A stretch of 64,000 nt of DNA, taken from Candidatus Magasanikiibacteriota bacterium (GTDB lineage Bacteria > Patescibacteriota > Patescibacteriia > Magasanikbacterales > GWA2-37-8). The stretch lies in contig JAPLWQ010000003.1 of assembly GCA_026396515.1 (NCBI GenBank), forward strand, positions 26,204 to 90,203. The letters are read 5' to 3'. The notes below the pieces were generated by a model. The model did no database searches. It had not been told where the DNA came from and saw only the letters and a list, made by a program, of their open reading frames with translations. Below, in pieces: positions 37,665-47,618 of the stretch. The position numbers and the translations under genes were made by a program. Positions within the stretch are counted from its first letter, which is position 1, and each line of letters begins with the position of its first letter.

Positions 37665-40316
37665 ATGAAAGAGCTGGAAAAGGCCTACGAGGCGAAGAAA
37701 TACGAAGATGGTATCTACGAAAAATGGGAAGAGTCCGGGTTGTTTAATCCGGATGTTTGCGTTGAAAAAAGCACTGCAAAAAAGGACGCGCCTATTTTTT
37801 CCATGGTTTTGCCCCCGCCGAATGTAACCGGCGTTCTGCATATGGGCCACGCCGCCATGCTTGCCATTGAAGACGCCATGATCCGCTACCACAGAATGAA
37901 GGGCGACAGGACTTTATGGCTGCCGGGCACCGACCATGCCGCCATTGCCACTCAAACCAAGGTGGAAAAGTTGCTTATGGAAAAGGGTGTGAAAGACCCG
38001 CGAGTTGAGCTTGGCCGTGAAAAATTTTTGGAAGAAGTGGATAAATTCGCCAAGGCCTCGCACGATACGATAATCAATCAGTGCAAGAAAATGGGTTCGA
38101 GTCTGGACTGGAGCAGGGAGGCGTTTACGCTGGACGAAAAAAGAAATCTGGCGGTGAGAACCGTTTTCAAAAAAATGTATGACGACGGACTGATAGAGCG
38201 CGGGTACAGAATTGTCAATTGGTGCCCTCGTTGTCACTCGACTTTGGCTGACGATGAAGTGGAATACAAGGAGCAATCGGCGAAGATTTACATCTTTAAA
38301 TATTCGGCGGACTTTCCGTTTGCTATTGCGACCACTCGGCCGGAGACAAAACTTGGCGATACAGCCGTGGCGGTAAACCCTAAAGATAAGCGATACAAAA
38401 AGTTCATTGGTAAAACTTTTAAAGTAAAGAGTTTCGCCGGTGGCGCTGATTTAAATATTGAAGTAATCGGCGACGAAGCCGTGGATATGAATTTTGGAAC
38501 TGGCGCGCTCGGTGTTACTCCGGCGCACAGCCACGTGGATTATGAAATGGCGCAAAAAAATAATTTACCGGTAATAAAAGTTATTGACGAAGACGGAAAC
38601 ATGGCGGCGGACGCCGGTACCGTTTATGCCGGGCTGTCGGTCAAAGATGCCAGAAAAAAAGTCGTGGAGAATTTACGTGTCAGCAATTTATTGGAAAAAG
38701 AAGAAGACGCGCCGAATAATTTGTCAGTTTGTTACCGCTGTGAAACGCCGATCGAACCATTACCGTCCAAGCAGTGGTTTATCAAAGTGAACAAAGAATT
38801 TCAAATGGGGCCGAGTAAAATTATGGGAATAAAAGAAGGGCAGAAAACCACCTTAAAGAAATTGATGCAGGCGGCGGTGCGTGAAGGACAGATAAAAATT
38901 ATTCCCGATCGTTTTGATAAAACATATTTTCACTGGATAGACAATCTGCATGACTGGTGTATCAGCCGTCAGATTTGGTATGGGCACCGCATTCCGGTGT
39001 GGTACAAAGGCGACCAAACTTATGTAGGCTTTGAAGCGCCAAAAGACAGCGGCTGGCAGCAGGATTCCGATACGCTGGACACTTGGTTCAGTTCCGGTCT
39101 TTGGACTTTTTCAACGCTCGGCTGGCCGGATAAGACCGATGACTTCAATAATTATCATCCGACATCTGTACTTGAAACCGGCTATGATATATTGCCGTTC
39201 TGGGTGGCGCGCATGATTCTTATGACCACCTACACGCTCGGCGACATTCCTTTTGAAACGGTTTATCTGCACGGCCTGGTGCGCGACGAACAGGGCAGAA
39301 AGATGAGCAAGTCTTTGGGCAATGTAATTGATCCGCTCGCTATGGTGGAAAAATTCGGCGCGGATGCCACGCGTTTGTCACTAATGCTCGGCAATACTCC
39401 GGGCAATGATTCCAGATTGTCCGAGGAAAAGATCGCCGGTTTCCGTAATTTTACCAACAAGCTCTGGAACATTTGCCGGTATATGATGATGCAGATTGAT
39501 TTTGAAAAAAGCGAACCGGCGAAACCGGTGACCTTGGCTGATTTTTGGATTTTAGAGCGTTTGCATGAGATTGCGTCCGATACCTCAAAACATATTGAAC
39601 AGTTCAATTTTTCTTTTGCCGGTGAGAAGCTTCGCGATTTTACCTGGAATGAGTTGGCCGATTGGTATTTGGAGATTTCCAAAATTGAAGGAAATAAATC
39701 CGGCATTCTGCAATATATTCTGGAAACGATACTTAAGCTCTGGCACCCGTTTATGCCTTTTGTCACGGAAGCGATATGGTCGGAAATACCCGGCAAGAAG
39801 TTACTTATGGCTGAAAAGTGGCCGCAGCTAAAAAAGGAAAAAATTTCAGGCAGGGTCAAGGACTTTGAGATCATAAAAAATATTATTACCAATATACGGT
39901 CTTTGCGGGCAGAATATAAAGTGGAGCCGGCAAAAAAAATTAGTGTCAGCATTGGCGCCGGAAAATTTGCGGGCCTGTTAAAGGATAATGTTGAAATTCT
40001 TCAGGGACTGGCAAGAATTGAAAAAATACAAATAGACAAGTCAATGAAAAAACCGGGTAATTCGGTCGGCTTTTTGGAAAGCGGGGTGGAAGTGTTTATT
40101 GATCTCTCCGGTCTGGTTGATTTTGCCAAAGAAAAAATTCGTCTGCAGAAAGAAATCGGCGAGGTGGAGCCGTATATCGCCGTGTTGAAAAAGAAGCTAT
40201 CAAACAAGGAATTTGTAAAAAATGCGCCAAAAGAAATTGTGGCAAATGAGAATGCAAAACTGGCCGAGGCTGAAGAGATGCTCGCCAAGTTAAATGACCA
40301 ACTAAAATCAATTTAA
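37665..40316 (+). CDS. valS: Valyl-tRNA synthetase
   Basis: PPPNVTGVLHMGHA (HIGH), KMSKSLGN and C-terminal coiled coil. Confidence 0.95.
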   Translation: MKELEKAYEAKKYEDGIYEKWEESGLFNPDVCVEKSTAKKDAPIFSMVLPPPNVTGVLHMGHAAMLAIEDAMIRYHRMKGDRTLWLPGTDHAAIATQTKVEKLLMEKGVKDPRVELGREKFLEEVDKFAKASHDTIINQCKKMGSSLDWSREAFTLDEKRNLAVRTVFKKMYDDGLIERGYRIVNWCPRCHSTLADDEVEYKEQSAKIYIFKYSADFPFAIATTRPETKLGDTAVAVNPKDKRYKKFIGKTFKVKSFAGGADLNIEVIGDEAVDMNFGTGALGVTPAHSHVDYEMAQKNNLPVIKVIDEDGNMAADAGTVYAGLSVKDARKKVVENLRVSNLLEKEEDAPNNLSVCYRCETPIEPLPSKQWFIKVNKEFQMGPSKIMGIKEGQKTTLKKLMQAAVREGQIKIIPDRFDKTYFHWIDNLHDWCISRQIWYGHRIPVWYKGDQTYVGFEAPKDSGWQQDSDTLDTWFSSGLWTFSTLGWPDKTDDFNNYHPTSVLETGYDILPFWVARMILMTTYTLGDIPFETVYLHGLVRDEQGRKMSKSLGNVIDPLAMVEKFGADATRLSLMLGNTPGNDSRLSEEKIAGFRNFTNKLWNICRYMMMQIDFEKSEPAKPVTLADFWILERLHEIASDTSKHIEQFNFSFAGEKLRDFTWNELADWYLEISKIEGNKSGILQYILETILKLWHPFMPFVTEAIWSEIPGKKLLMAEKWPQLKKEKISGRVKDFEIIKNIITNIRSLRAEYKVEPAKKISVSIGAGKFAGLLKDNVEILQGLARIEKIQIDKSMKKPGNSVGFLESGVEVFIDLSGLVDFAKEKIRLQKEIGEVEPYIAVLKKKLSNKEFVKNAPKEIVANENAKLAEAEEMLAKLNDQLKSI

Positions 40317-40317
40317 T

Positions 40318-41298
40318 ATGTCCGAATTCGCCAAAGTAAATCCTGGTGATATATCCCCTAAACAAGAAAAAGAGCCCGAAACAGTATTGTCTCCCAAAGA
40401 TAATGCCCGCCTTATTAATATCCTTAAAAGAGCCAAAGCGGCTGAAGCAGATGAAGACACTATGCTCGCCATCCGGCTGTATGAAGAGTATCTTGAAGAG
40501 TTTGAAAAGATCAAAAGAGACGGACCATCACCTGAAACTCCTTCAGATCCTAACATTATCATTGCTACCAATCCTGAAGGAAAAGAAGTATCTATTAATT
40601 TAGAATCCACCCTTCTTAATTCAAAGTATCTGTACGCCATTAACAATTTGACGAAATTCTCCGATGCCCTTCCCGAAACCATTACTCTATCTGAATCATC
40701 TCTGGCCCGTTGCCGTGAAGCCCTGGAACAGGGTTTTGATAAAGCCATCTTTTTCCCCAACCTGGAAGTACAGCTTGAAAAAGTTGGCATAACCAAATTA
40801 AAACAAGAGCTGGCTGACAAACCCTTGCCTAAGGGTACTTTTCCAGATGAAAAAGATAACTATTCTAGGGAATCTTATCTGCAAAACCCTATTGCTGAAA
40901 ATCATTCTCTCACTGAATCAGCCCAAGCTAAAAGAAAGAATGGCTATCTTCTTTTCTACTCGTCCAATCCAGTACCCAAAGAAACTAAAAACCTCACCTT
41001 CCCTGAAGCCGTACAATACCTTAAAGACAAAAACCTGGATGGTCTCACCTTGCCCGAATATTACATCCTCCAAAGAAAAGAAGCTGAAATTAACGAAGAC
41101 CACTCTTTTGATGCCTACAATGATGACGCGGATCAATCCAATTCGACTTGGCTAATTGACTCTCGCGCGCCCGGGGGCTGCGTGCGCGCGGTCTGGAATC
41201 CGGACGATCGGCGGGTGGTTGTGTACTGGAGCGGTGCCGGGAATCAGTACTCGGATTTGGGGGCGCGCCCCGCGATCGTTGTGCCCTTAGAACTTTAG
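40318..41298 (+). CDS. Hypothetical protein, CpG-depleted body with a CpG-rich palindromic 3' tail; possibly a chimera or pseudogene
   Basis: ATG 1 nt after the valS stop. Pyrimidine-ending codons (CCC/CTC/ACC/ATC) up to about 41140, then about 150 nt of roughly 65 % GC. Confidence 0.4.
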   Translation: MSEFAKVNPGDISPKQEKEPETVLSPKDNARLINILKRAKAAEADEDTMLAIRLYEEYLEEFEKIKRDGPSPETPSDPNIIIATNPEGKEVSINLESTLLNSKYLYAINNLTKFSDALPETITLSESSLARCREALEQGFDKAIFFPNLEVQLEKVGITKLKQELADKPLPKGTFPDEKDNYSRESYLQNPIAENHSLTESAQAKRKNGYLLFYSSNPVPKETKNLTFPEAVQYLKDKNLDGLTLPEYYILQRKEAEINEDHSFDAYNDDADQSNSTWLIDSRAPGGCVRAVWNPDDRRVVVYWSGAGNQYSDLGARPAIVVPLEL

Positions 41299-41408
41299 TC
41301 TTTAAGCTCTAACCTCTCATTTTGTCATTGCGAGGACCCGCCTTTGGCGGGGACGAAGCAATCTTTATTCCTTAATCTTTTCCGAAATTTGTAAACATAA
41401 CGCCATTT

Positions 41409-42590
41409 ATGAAAATAAACACTGACCCCAAAAAAATTGAAGAAGTGCTGTCGCGCGGCGTGGAACAGGTCGTCGACAAAAATCACCTTGCGGAGAAATT
41501 AAAGTCCGGAAAACAATTACGCGTAAAATTAGGCGTTGACCCGACAAGTCCGAATATTCATTTGGGCCGTTCAATTCCGCTTCTTAAACTGCGCGACTTT
41601 CAGGAGTTGGGGCATCAAATCGTGTTAATCGTCGGTGATTTTACCGGAGTGATCGGAGATACTTCAGACAAGGACAGCGAACGGCCGATGCTTACACACG
41701 AACAGGTTAAAGCGAATATGGAAGGATATTTTGAACAGGCGGCCCGGGTAATTGATATCCGCAAGTGCGAAAAATATTACAACAGCGAATGGCTGGGAAA
41801 ACTTAATTATCATGAAATCGGCGAGCAGGCCGACCAATTTTCAGTGGCGGAGTTTATCGCCCGCGAAAATATAAAAAAGCGCTTAGAGGGCGGTACGCGC
41901 GTTTCTCTGCGCGAAGTGCTTTATCCTCTGATGCAGGGTTATGATAGCGTGGCCATGAAAGCCGATGTGGAACTGGGCGGCACGGATCAGTGGTTTAATT
42001 TATTGGCCGGAAGAAAATTGCAGGAACATTACAAGCAGGAGCCGCAGGATATTTTAGTCGGTCCGTTGCTTGAAGGCACTGACGGCCGCAAGATGAGCAG
42101 CAGCTGGGGTAATACCATTAATCTCCTGGCCGAACCAAACGACATGTTTGGAAAAATAATGTCAATTCCGGACGGGTTGATTATTAAATATTTTACTCTG
42201 GCGACCCGCGCGCCGATGGCGGACATCGCGTTGTATGAAAAAGAAATAAAATCAGGCGGTAATCCGCGCGATTATAAAATAAAATTGGCTGAATACTTAA
42301 CAAGCGTGTATCACGGTGATAAAGAAGCCAAGAAAGCGCTGGAATATTTTGTCAGCACGTTCAGTAAAAAGGAGATTCCTGATGAAATGCCGGAAGTGTC
42401 GGCGCGAGATATTGCAAGCGCGCTGGTGGAATCAAAAATTTGCAAAAGCAAATCAGAAGCGCGCCAGGTGATTGACCAGGGCGGAGTGAAAATTAATGAA
42501 ATTAAAGTTGAAGCGGGTGATTATGCCGCCGCTGTTAAGGCCGGCGATATTGTTCAAAAAGGCAGCCGGTGGTTTGTAAGAATAAAATAG
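41409..42590 (+). CDS. tyrS: Tyrosyl-tRNA synthetase
   Basis: PTSPNIHLGR (HIGH), KMSSS, YPLMQGYDSV and C-terminal S4 domain. Confidence 0.9.
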   Translation: MKINTDPKKIEEVLSRGVEQVVDKNHLAEKLKSGKQLRVKLGVDPTSPNIHLGRSIPLLKLRDFQELGHQIVLIVGDFTGVIGDTSDKDSERPMLTHEQVKANMEGYFEQAARVIDIRKCEKYYNSEWLGKLNYHEIGEQADQFSVAEFIARENIKKRLEGGTRVSLREVLYPLMQGYDSVAMKADVELGGTDQWFNLLAGRKLQEHYKQEPQDILVGPLLEGTDGRKMSSSWGNTINLLAEPNDMFGKIMSIPDGLIIKYFTLATRAPMADIALYEKEIKSGGNPRDYKIKLAEYLTSVYHGDKEAKKALEYFVSTFSKKEIPDEMPEVSARDIASALVESKICKSKSEARQVIDQGGVKINEIKVEAGDYAAAVKAGDIVQKGSRWFVRIK

Positions 42591-42597
42591 CAAATTT

Positions 42598-43554
42598 GTG
42601 GACAATAAATTGGTTATCTGTATTTTCCTTTTTTCCGCCATGCTGCTGGGCGGTTTTGGTTGTGAAAAGAAAGAAACGCCGGTAATAGCGAGAAGCGAAA
42701 AAATTCCTCAAAGCGCGGTAAAAATTTCGCCACAAGCCGATTTATCGCCGCCAATATTGCATTCAAAAGAATTTGACATGCCGGTACCTGTGTCCGGGCC
42801 GATTAATACTGCCGGAGCGGAAGATTCGCCGTTCATTACGCCCGATGGCAACACACTATATTTTTTCTTTACGCCTGACCCGAACATTCCGGCTGAAAAA
42901 CAGTTGAATGACGGTGTTACAGGCATTTATGTGTCAGAGAATGTGAATGGCAAGTGGAGCGAACCAAAAAGAGTGATTTTGGAAAGGCCCGGGGAATCCG
43001 CGCTTGACGGTTGTGAGTTCGTGAAAGGCGATGTAATGTGGTTTTGCTCGGCCAGAGAAGGATACACCGGAATAAATTTATTTACTGCTAAAAAGATTAA
43101 TAACGGGTGGGGCGGCGTAAAGTATGCGGGCGATGTGCTGATGAAAGATTATCAGGTCGGTGAGATGCATATTACGGCTGACGGGAATGAAATGTATTTT
43201 CATTCTCCGCAAGCGGGAGGAAAAGGCCAATTAGATATTTGGGTGATGAAAAAAGTTAATGATGAATGGCAGGCGCCTGAAAATGTGACAGCAGTCAATA
43301 CAGCGGAAAATGACGGCTGGCCGTTTATTTCAGAAGACGGCAATGAACTGTGGTTTCTGCGGACATATCGAGGGTCGCCGGCGATTTTCAGATCAAAGAA
43401 AGCGGACGGTGTTTGGCAGAAGCCGGAGCTGATCGTATCGCAGTTTGCCGGCGAGCCGACTTTGGACAGGGCCGGAAATATGTATTTTGTCCATCATTAT
43501 TATAAAAACGGAAAAATGCTGGAGGCCGATATTTATATGGCCAGGAAAAAATAA
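42598..43554 (+). CDS. Lipoprotein with PD40/TolB-like beta-propeller repeats
   Basis: Signal peptide ending LGGFGC; repeated DGN..YF motifs. GTG start. Confidence 0.55.
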   Translation: MDNKLVICIFLFSAMLLGGFGCEKKETPVIARSEKIPQSAVKISPQADLSPPILHSKEFDMPVPVSGPINTAGAEDSPFITPDGNTLYFFFTPDPNIPAEKQLNDGVTGIYVSENVNGKWSEPKRVILERPGESALDGCEFVKGDVMWFCSAREGYTGINLFTAKKINNGWGGVKYAGDVLMKDYQVGEMHITADGNEMYFHSPQAGGKGQLDIWVMKKVNDEWQAPENVTAVNTAENDGWPFISEDGNELWFLRTYRGSPAIFRSKKADGVWQKPELIVSQFAGEPTLDRAGNMYFVHHYYKNGKMLEADIYMARKK

Positions 43555-43558
43555 CAAT

Positions 43559-45229
43559 ATGGATTTCATTAAAGATGAACTTATTAAATTGTTGAAAACT
43601 GCCGGTGTGGCCGGCGAAATTGATTTATCTGCTCCGCCAAAATCGGAAATGGGCGATTTGGCGTATGCCTGTTTTGAGACGGCGAAAAAACAGGGGATAA
43701 ACCCGGCTGAAGCGGCCAAAGTATTGGCGCAAAAAATTACGCCAACTACGCTGGTGGAAAAAATTGAAGCCATCGGGCCGTATGTTAATTTTCATTTAAA
43801 CACCGCGCAGGCGGCAAAATTGATATTGCTTAAAAAAGAAAAAAAACAGAAAACCGGAAAGAAAATAATGGTGGAGTATTCCCAGCCCAATACGCATAAG
43901 GAGTTCCATGTCGGCCATTTGCGCAATGCCTGTATTGGCGCCGCAGTGGTTAAGATGCTTAAAGAAACCGGCAACAAAGTAATCGCCGCCAATTATATCG
44001 GCGATATCGGAGCGCATGTGGCCAAATGCCTCTGGTATGTTAAGAGACATAAAATGAACGACTGGCCGAAAGAAAATTTGGGTAGCTGGATCGGAAAAAT
44101 GTACACCGAAAGCGTGGCGGAACTGGAGAAAAATCCTGACGCGAAAAGCGAAATCGACGGGGTGCAGAGAAAGTTGGAAAGCCGCGACCGCGAGTGGTCT
44201 AAGCTTTGGGAAAAAACCAGGAAGGCGAGTCTGGATGAATTTAAAAGAATATATAAATTGCTCGGAAATGAATTTGACGTCTGGTTTTTTGAAAGCGAGG
44301 AAGAAAATCGCGGCAAAGAGATGGTCCAGGAGCTTTTAAAAAAAGGCATTGCAAAAATAGGGGAGGGAGGAGCCGTAATCGTAGATTTATCGCAATACGG
44401 CTTGGACATATTCTTATTATTAAAATCCGACGGTTCGACCCTGTACGCCACTAAAGATCTGGCGCTGGCGGAGAAAAAGTTTAAGAAATATAAAATTGAT
44501 GAAAGCGTGGTGATTATTGACACCCGCCAGGTTTTCTATTTTAAGCAATTATTTAAAACATTGGAACTTGCCGGCTGGAAGAAAAAGTTTATCTGCCTTG
44601 CCTATGAATTTGTGCGCTTGCCCGAAGGGGCGATGTCCAGCCGCCGCGGAAATGTTGTTTTGTTTGAAGACATATACAATGAAGTTTTCAGCGCCCTGCA
44701 AAGCGAAGTGGCTTCGCGCCATAACGATTGGAAGCCGGCAAAACGGGATGAAACGGCGCGCGCCTTAGCGCTCTCGGCAATAAAGTTCGGCATGCTGAAG
44801 CATCCGATAGACAAGGTGATAGAATTTGAAGTTAAAGAAGCGATGTCGTTCGACGGATATACCGGGCCGTATGTTTTGTATACAATCGCGCGCATTAACA
44901 GCATTATGAAAAAATTCGGAAAAAAAGTGCCGGTTGCTGAAAAATATCTGTCCGGCCTGGTGAAAGGCGAAGAAAAAAATTTGATAATGAAAATCGGCCA
45001 GTTTAATCAGGTTATAAAATCAGCCGCCGACGGATTTGATCCGTCCGCATTGGCGCGTTATTCGTTCGACCTGGCCAAAATTTTTAATGATTTTTACGGC
45101 AAGTGCGGAATTCTGAACGCCGATGATGCCGGTCAAAAAACCGCCCGCCTGATACTTTGCGACCGCGTCAGGGAAACATTGGGGAAAGCCGCGGAATTGC
45201 TGAATATCGGGACAGTGGAGGAGATGTAA
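43559..45229 (+). CDS. argS: Arginyl-tRNA synthetase
   Basis: SQPNTHKEFHVGHLRNACIG HIGH region; C-terminal DALR anticodon-binding region. Confidence 0.9.
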   Translation: MDFIKDELIKLLKTAGVAGEIDLSAPPKSEMGDLAYACFETAKKQGINPAEAAKVLAQKITPTTLVEKIEAIGPYVNFHLNTAQAAKLILLKKEKKQKTGKKIMVEYSQPNTHKEFHVGHLRNACIGAAVVKMLKETGNKVIAANYIGDIGAHVAKCLWYVKRHKMNDWPKENLGSWIGKMYTESVAELEKNPDAKSEIDGVQRKLESRDREWSKLWEKTRKASLDEFKRIYKLLGNEFDVWFFESEEENRGKEMVQELLKKGIAKIGEGGAVIVDLSQYGLDIFLLLKSDGSTLYATKDLALAEKKFKKYKIDESVVIIDTRQVFYFKQLFKTLELAGWKKKFICLAYEFVRLPEGAMSSRRGNVVLFEDIYNEVFSALQSEVASRHNDWKPAKRDETARALALSAIKFGMLKHPIDKVIEFEVKEAMSFDGYTGPYVLYTIARINSIMKKFGKKVPVAEKYLSGLVKGEEKNLIMKIGQFNQVIKSAADGFDPSALARYSFDLAKIFNDFYGKCGILNADDAGQKTARLILCDRVRETLGKAAELLNIGTVEEM

Positions 45230-45327
45230 CTTTTTGCTTATCCACCTGTTTTTACCGATCCGCCACTTCTAATAAATGGCAAAAAGGTGTATCATATTAA
45301 TAACTATAATATTTAAATATACTAAAT

Positions 45328-45804
45328 ATGATTTTTAAAAGACAAAATACTCCGGTTGAAGAAGTTGACGAGGCAGTGGAAGAAGTTTATGAGGACGCGG
45401 GTCATTCGGAAGACAATGTTGATACCGTAGTTGGTCCATCGGTGAATGTGGAGGGTGATTTTGCTTCCGAGGGAAATATAGTGGTTAAAGGCACGGTTAC
45501 GGGAAGCGTGCATACCAGTAAAAATCTTTTGGTTGAACCGGGCGCGAGAATTATTGCCAATGTGAAAGCAGGCAGTGCTACCATTGCCGGCGAAGTGCGC
45601 GGTAATATGAAAATTAAAGACTATCTGGAATTAACCGCTACGGCGCGCGTGGTTGGCGATATTGAAGCAAAAACGATTGCCATGGAAGCCGGTTCTCTGC
45701 TTTGCGGCAAAGTAATGATGCCCGGGCTTGAGGCAAACGAACCGCGGCGCTCCGGCCGTTCCAGAAAGTCAGAAGATTCTTCCATGGAAATGGGTGGAGA
45801 ATAA
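45328..45804 (+). CDS. Bactofilin-family cytoskeletal protein
   Basis: Beta-helical repeats (VVKGTVTGSVHTSKNLLVEPGARIIANVKAGSATIAGEVRGNMKI). Confidence 0.75.
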   Translation: MIFKRQNTPVEEVDEAVEEVYEDAGHSEDNVDTVVGPSVNVEGDFASEGNIVVKGTVTGSVHTSKNLLVEPGARIIANVKAGSATIAGEVRGNMKIKDYLELTATARVVGDIEAKTIAMEAGSLLCGKVMMPGLEANEPRRSGRSRKSEDSSMEMGGE

Positions 45805-45826
45805 AAAGAGGTAAAATATCGTTGTT

Positions 45827-46591
45827 ATGTATGTCTACCTCTACGACAATTATTTAAACAGCAAAAAGTTTCAGTCGATATTAAAGCAAATTGAGATTCG
45901 TTTGGTGGACTATGGAATTGCCGGCAAGATTCTGCGCCTCAACAATTATGTTGACGTGAAACCGATTATCGAAGACGAAATAAAACGCGGCGCTAAAAAT
46001 ATCGTGATTGTGGGAAACGACCGGACCTTCGGTCATGTGCTTTCGCGCGGCGCTACTTGCGACTGCGTTTTTGGTTTCTTGCCGATCGGTCCGGACAATA
46101 CCATTGCCGAAGTGCTCGGCATTCCCGAAGGAGTGGAGTCGTCCGACATACTGGCCCGCCGTCGCAAGCAGAAATTAGATGTGGGCTGGTTTAATAACCG
46201 TTATTTTGTTTCCCAGCTTCATGTTATGCCGGCCAAAGTAAGGGTAATTTACGATGAGCGTTTTCAGGTCTCAACGCCGTTTAAAATGGAAGTAGTGGTA
46301 TGCAATTTTCAGCCGTTTTATTGGAAGCGGCACAAAAAAGACGCCGAAGAGTTTGTGGTTCATCCGCAGGACAGAAAGCTGGAGGCATTCCTTCGGCCGT
46401 TGACAAAGACCGGCTGGTTCGGGTATAAATATGAAGACCCGAGCATATTTCCCTTTGAAGAAATGGAAATAATCGGGGATAGCCCCTTTGTGGTTGAGGC
46501 CGACGGTAAAGCCACGAAAGAGGTAAAGGTAAAAATAAAATTGGCAAAAAATAAGATAGACATGATCGTCGGACGGGATCGAAAATTTTAA
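45827..46591 (+). CDS. DAGK_cat-family lipid-kinase-like protein with a degenerate GGDGT motif (GNDRT)
   Basis: IVIVGNDRTFGHVL ... FLPIGPDNTIAEVLGIP aligns to the GGDGT ... PlGTgNdfAR motifs. Confidence 0.45.
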   Translation: MYVYLYDNYLNSKKFQSILKQIEIRLVDYGIAGKILRLNNYVDVKPIIEDEIKRGAKNIVIVGNDRTFGHVLSRGATCDCVFGFLPIGPDNTIAEVLGIPEGVESSDILARRRKQKLDVGWFNNRYFVSQLHVMPAKVRVIYDERFQVSTPFKMEVVVCNFQPFYWKRHKKDAEEFVVHPQDRKLEAFLRPLTKTGWFGYKYEDPSIFPFEEMEIIGDSPFVVEADGKATKEVKVKIKLAKNKIDMIVGRDRKF

Positions 46592-46691
46592 TTTACGGGC
46601 GGGTGGCCCCGAAGCAGATGCTTCACATCGCTACGGGGCAAGCGAAACTTGATTGGACGGAGTTAAAAATTAAGTTTAAAAAAATAAAATT

Positions 46692-46772
46692 GCGCGGGTG
46701 GCGAAATGGTAGACGCACTACTTTGAGGTGGTAGCGCCGCAAGGCATGGAGGTTCGAATCCTCTCCCGCGCA
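46692..46772 (+). tRNA. tRNA-Leu (anticodon GAG), no encoded CCA
   Basis: Hand-folded: 7-bp acceptor GCGCGGG/CCCGCGC, 3-bp D-stem, anticodon stem CTACT/GGTAG with loop TTGAGGT, 13-nt variable arm, T-loop TTCGAAT. Confidence 0.8.
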
Positions 46773-46810
46773 CAGCGAGCAATTTATTTAATTGCGAGTG
46801 AAAAACATAT

Positions 46811-47056
46811 ATGTTTCACATCATTATCGGTTTGTTGCTTGTGGCGGCCGGTACGGTACTCATCTTTAAAACTGAATGGTTTGTCCAGAATTTCGGCACT
46901 ATCGCCTGGGCTGAGAACAACCTGGGTACCAGCGGCGGCAGCAGGCTGTTTTATAAGCTGATTGGTTTGGTTTTGATTTTTGTCGGCATGCTGGCGGCCA
47001 CGAATTTAATGACCAGTTTTCTAATGGGAACGGTGGGAAAATTGCTAATCAGATAA
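46811..47056 (+). CDS. Small two-TM membrane protein, hypothetical
   Basis: 81 aa; two hydrophobic helices. Confidence 0.4.
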   Translation: MFHIIIGLLLVAAGTVLIFKTEWFVQNFGTIAWAENNLGTSGGSRLFYKLIGLVLIFVGMLAATNLMTSFLMGTVGKLLIR

Positions 47057-47060
47057 TTTT

Positions 47061-47618
47061 ATGCCTACTTCAGGCACAGCATTAATCGATCCGGCAATAG
47101 TATTTAAAAAGATCGGCTTAAGCGCCGGAATGCGCGTGGCCGATTTTGGCTGCGGGCGCACCGGACATTTTGTATTTCCAATGTCGCCGATTATCGGGGA
47201 CAAGGGCGTGATATATGCCGTTGACATAATGAAGGATATTTTGGAAAGCATAAAAAGCCGTTCAAGGTCAGAGGGCTTCAGTAATATTCAGGCGGTTTGG
47301 TCTGATCTTGAAAGTGTCGGCGCTGCGCCGATACCAGAGGGAAGTTTGGATGCGGGTTTTTTTGTCAATGTGATGTTTCTGTTGAAAAATCGTTTGGGAG
47401 CGATAAAGGAATCGTTGAGATTAATCAGAGAAGACGGATATCTAATTGTTATTGATTGGGCGAAAAAAGTCGGCCCGATCGGCCCTACACCAGAGCAAAT
47501 GGTTAACCAGGAAGCGCTCGTTGGTATGGGTTTAAAAGAAAACCTGCAGCTGGTCGGCCGTATGCCGATGGGGGATTATCATTTTTGCGTAATATTTAAA
47601 AAGAAAAAAGAGATATGA
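47061..47618 (+). CDS. Class I SAM-dependent methyltransferase
   Basis: VADFGCGRTG motif I; LIVIDW. Confidence 0.6.
   Translation: MPTSGTALIDPAIVFKKIGLSAGMRVADFGCGRTGHFVFPMSPIIGDKGVIYAVDIMKDILESIKSRSRSEGFSNIQAVWSDLESVGAAPIPEGSLDAGFFVNVMFLLKNRLGAIKESLRLIREDGYLIVIDWAKKVGPIGPTPEQMVNQEALVGMGLKENLQLVGRMPMGDYHFCVIFKKKKEI

Noticed and set aside
46592-46690. GC-rich hairpin-containing segment upstream of tRNA-Leu (gccccgaagcagatgcttcacatcgctacggggc) as a possible second RNA gene
   Set aside because: It cannot be folded into a tRNA or any recognisable RNA class by eye. It is probably a terminator or processing hairpin for the upstream gene.
46728-46961. 77-aa ORF overlapping tRNA-Leu
   Set aside because: It is read through a tRNA gene and has no coding signal.
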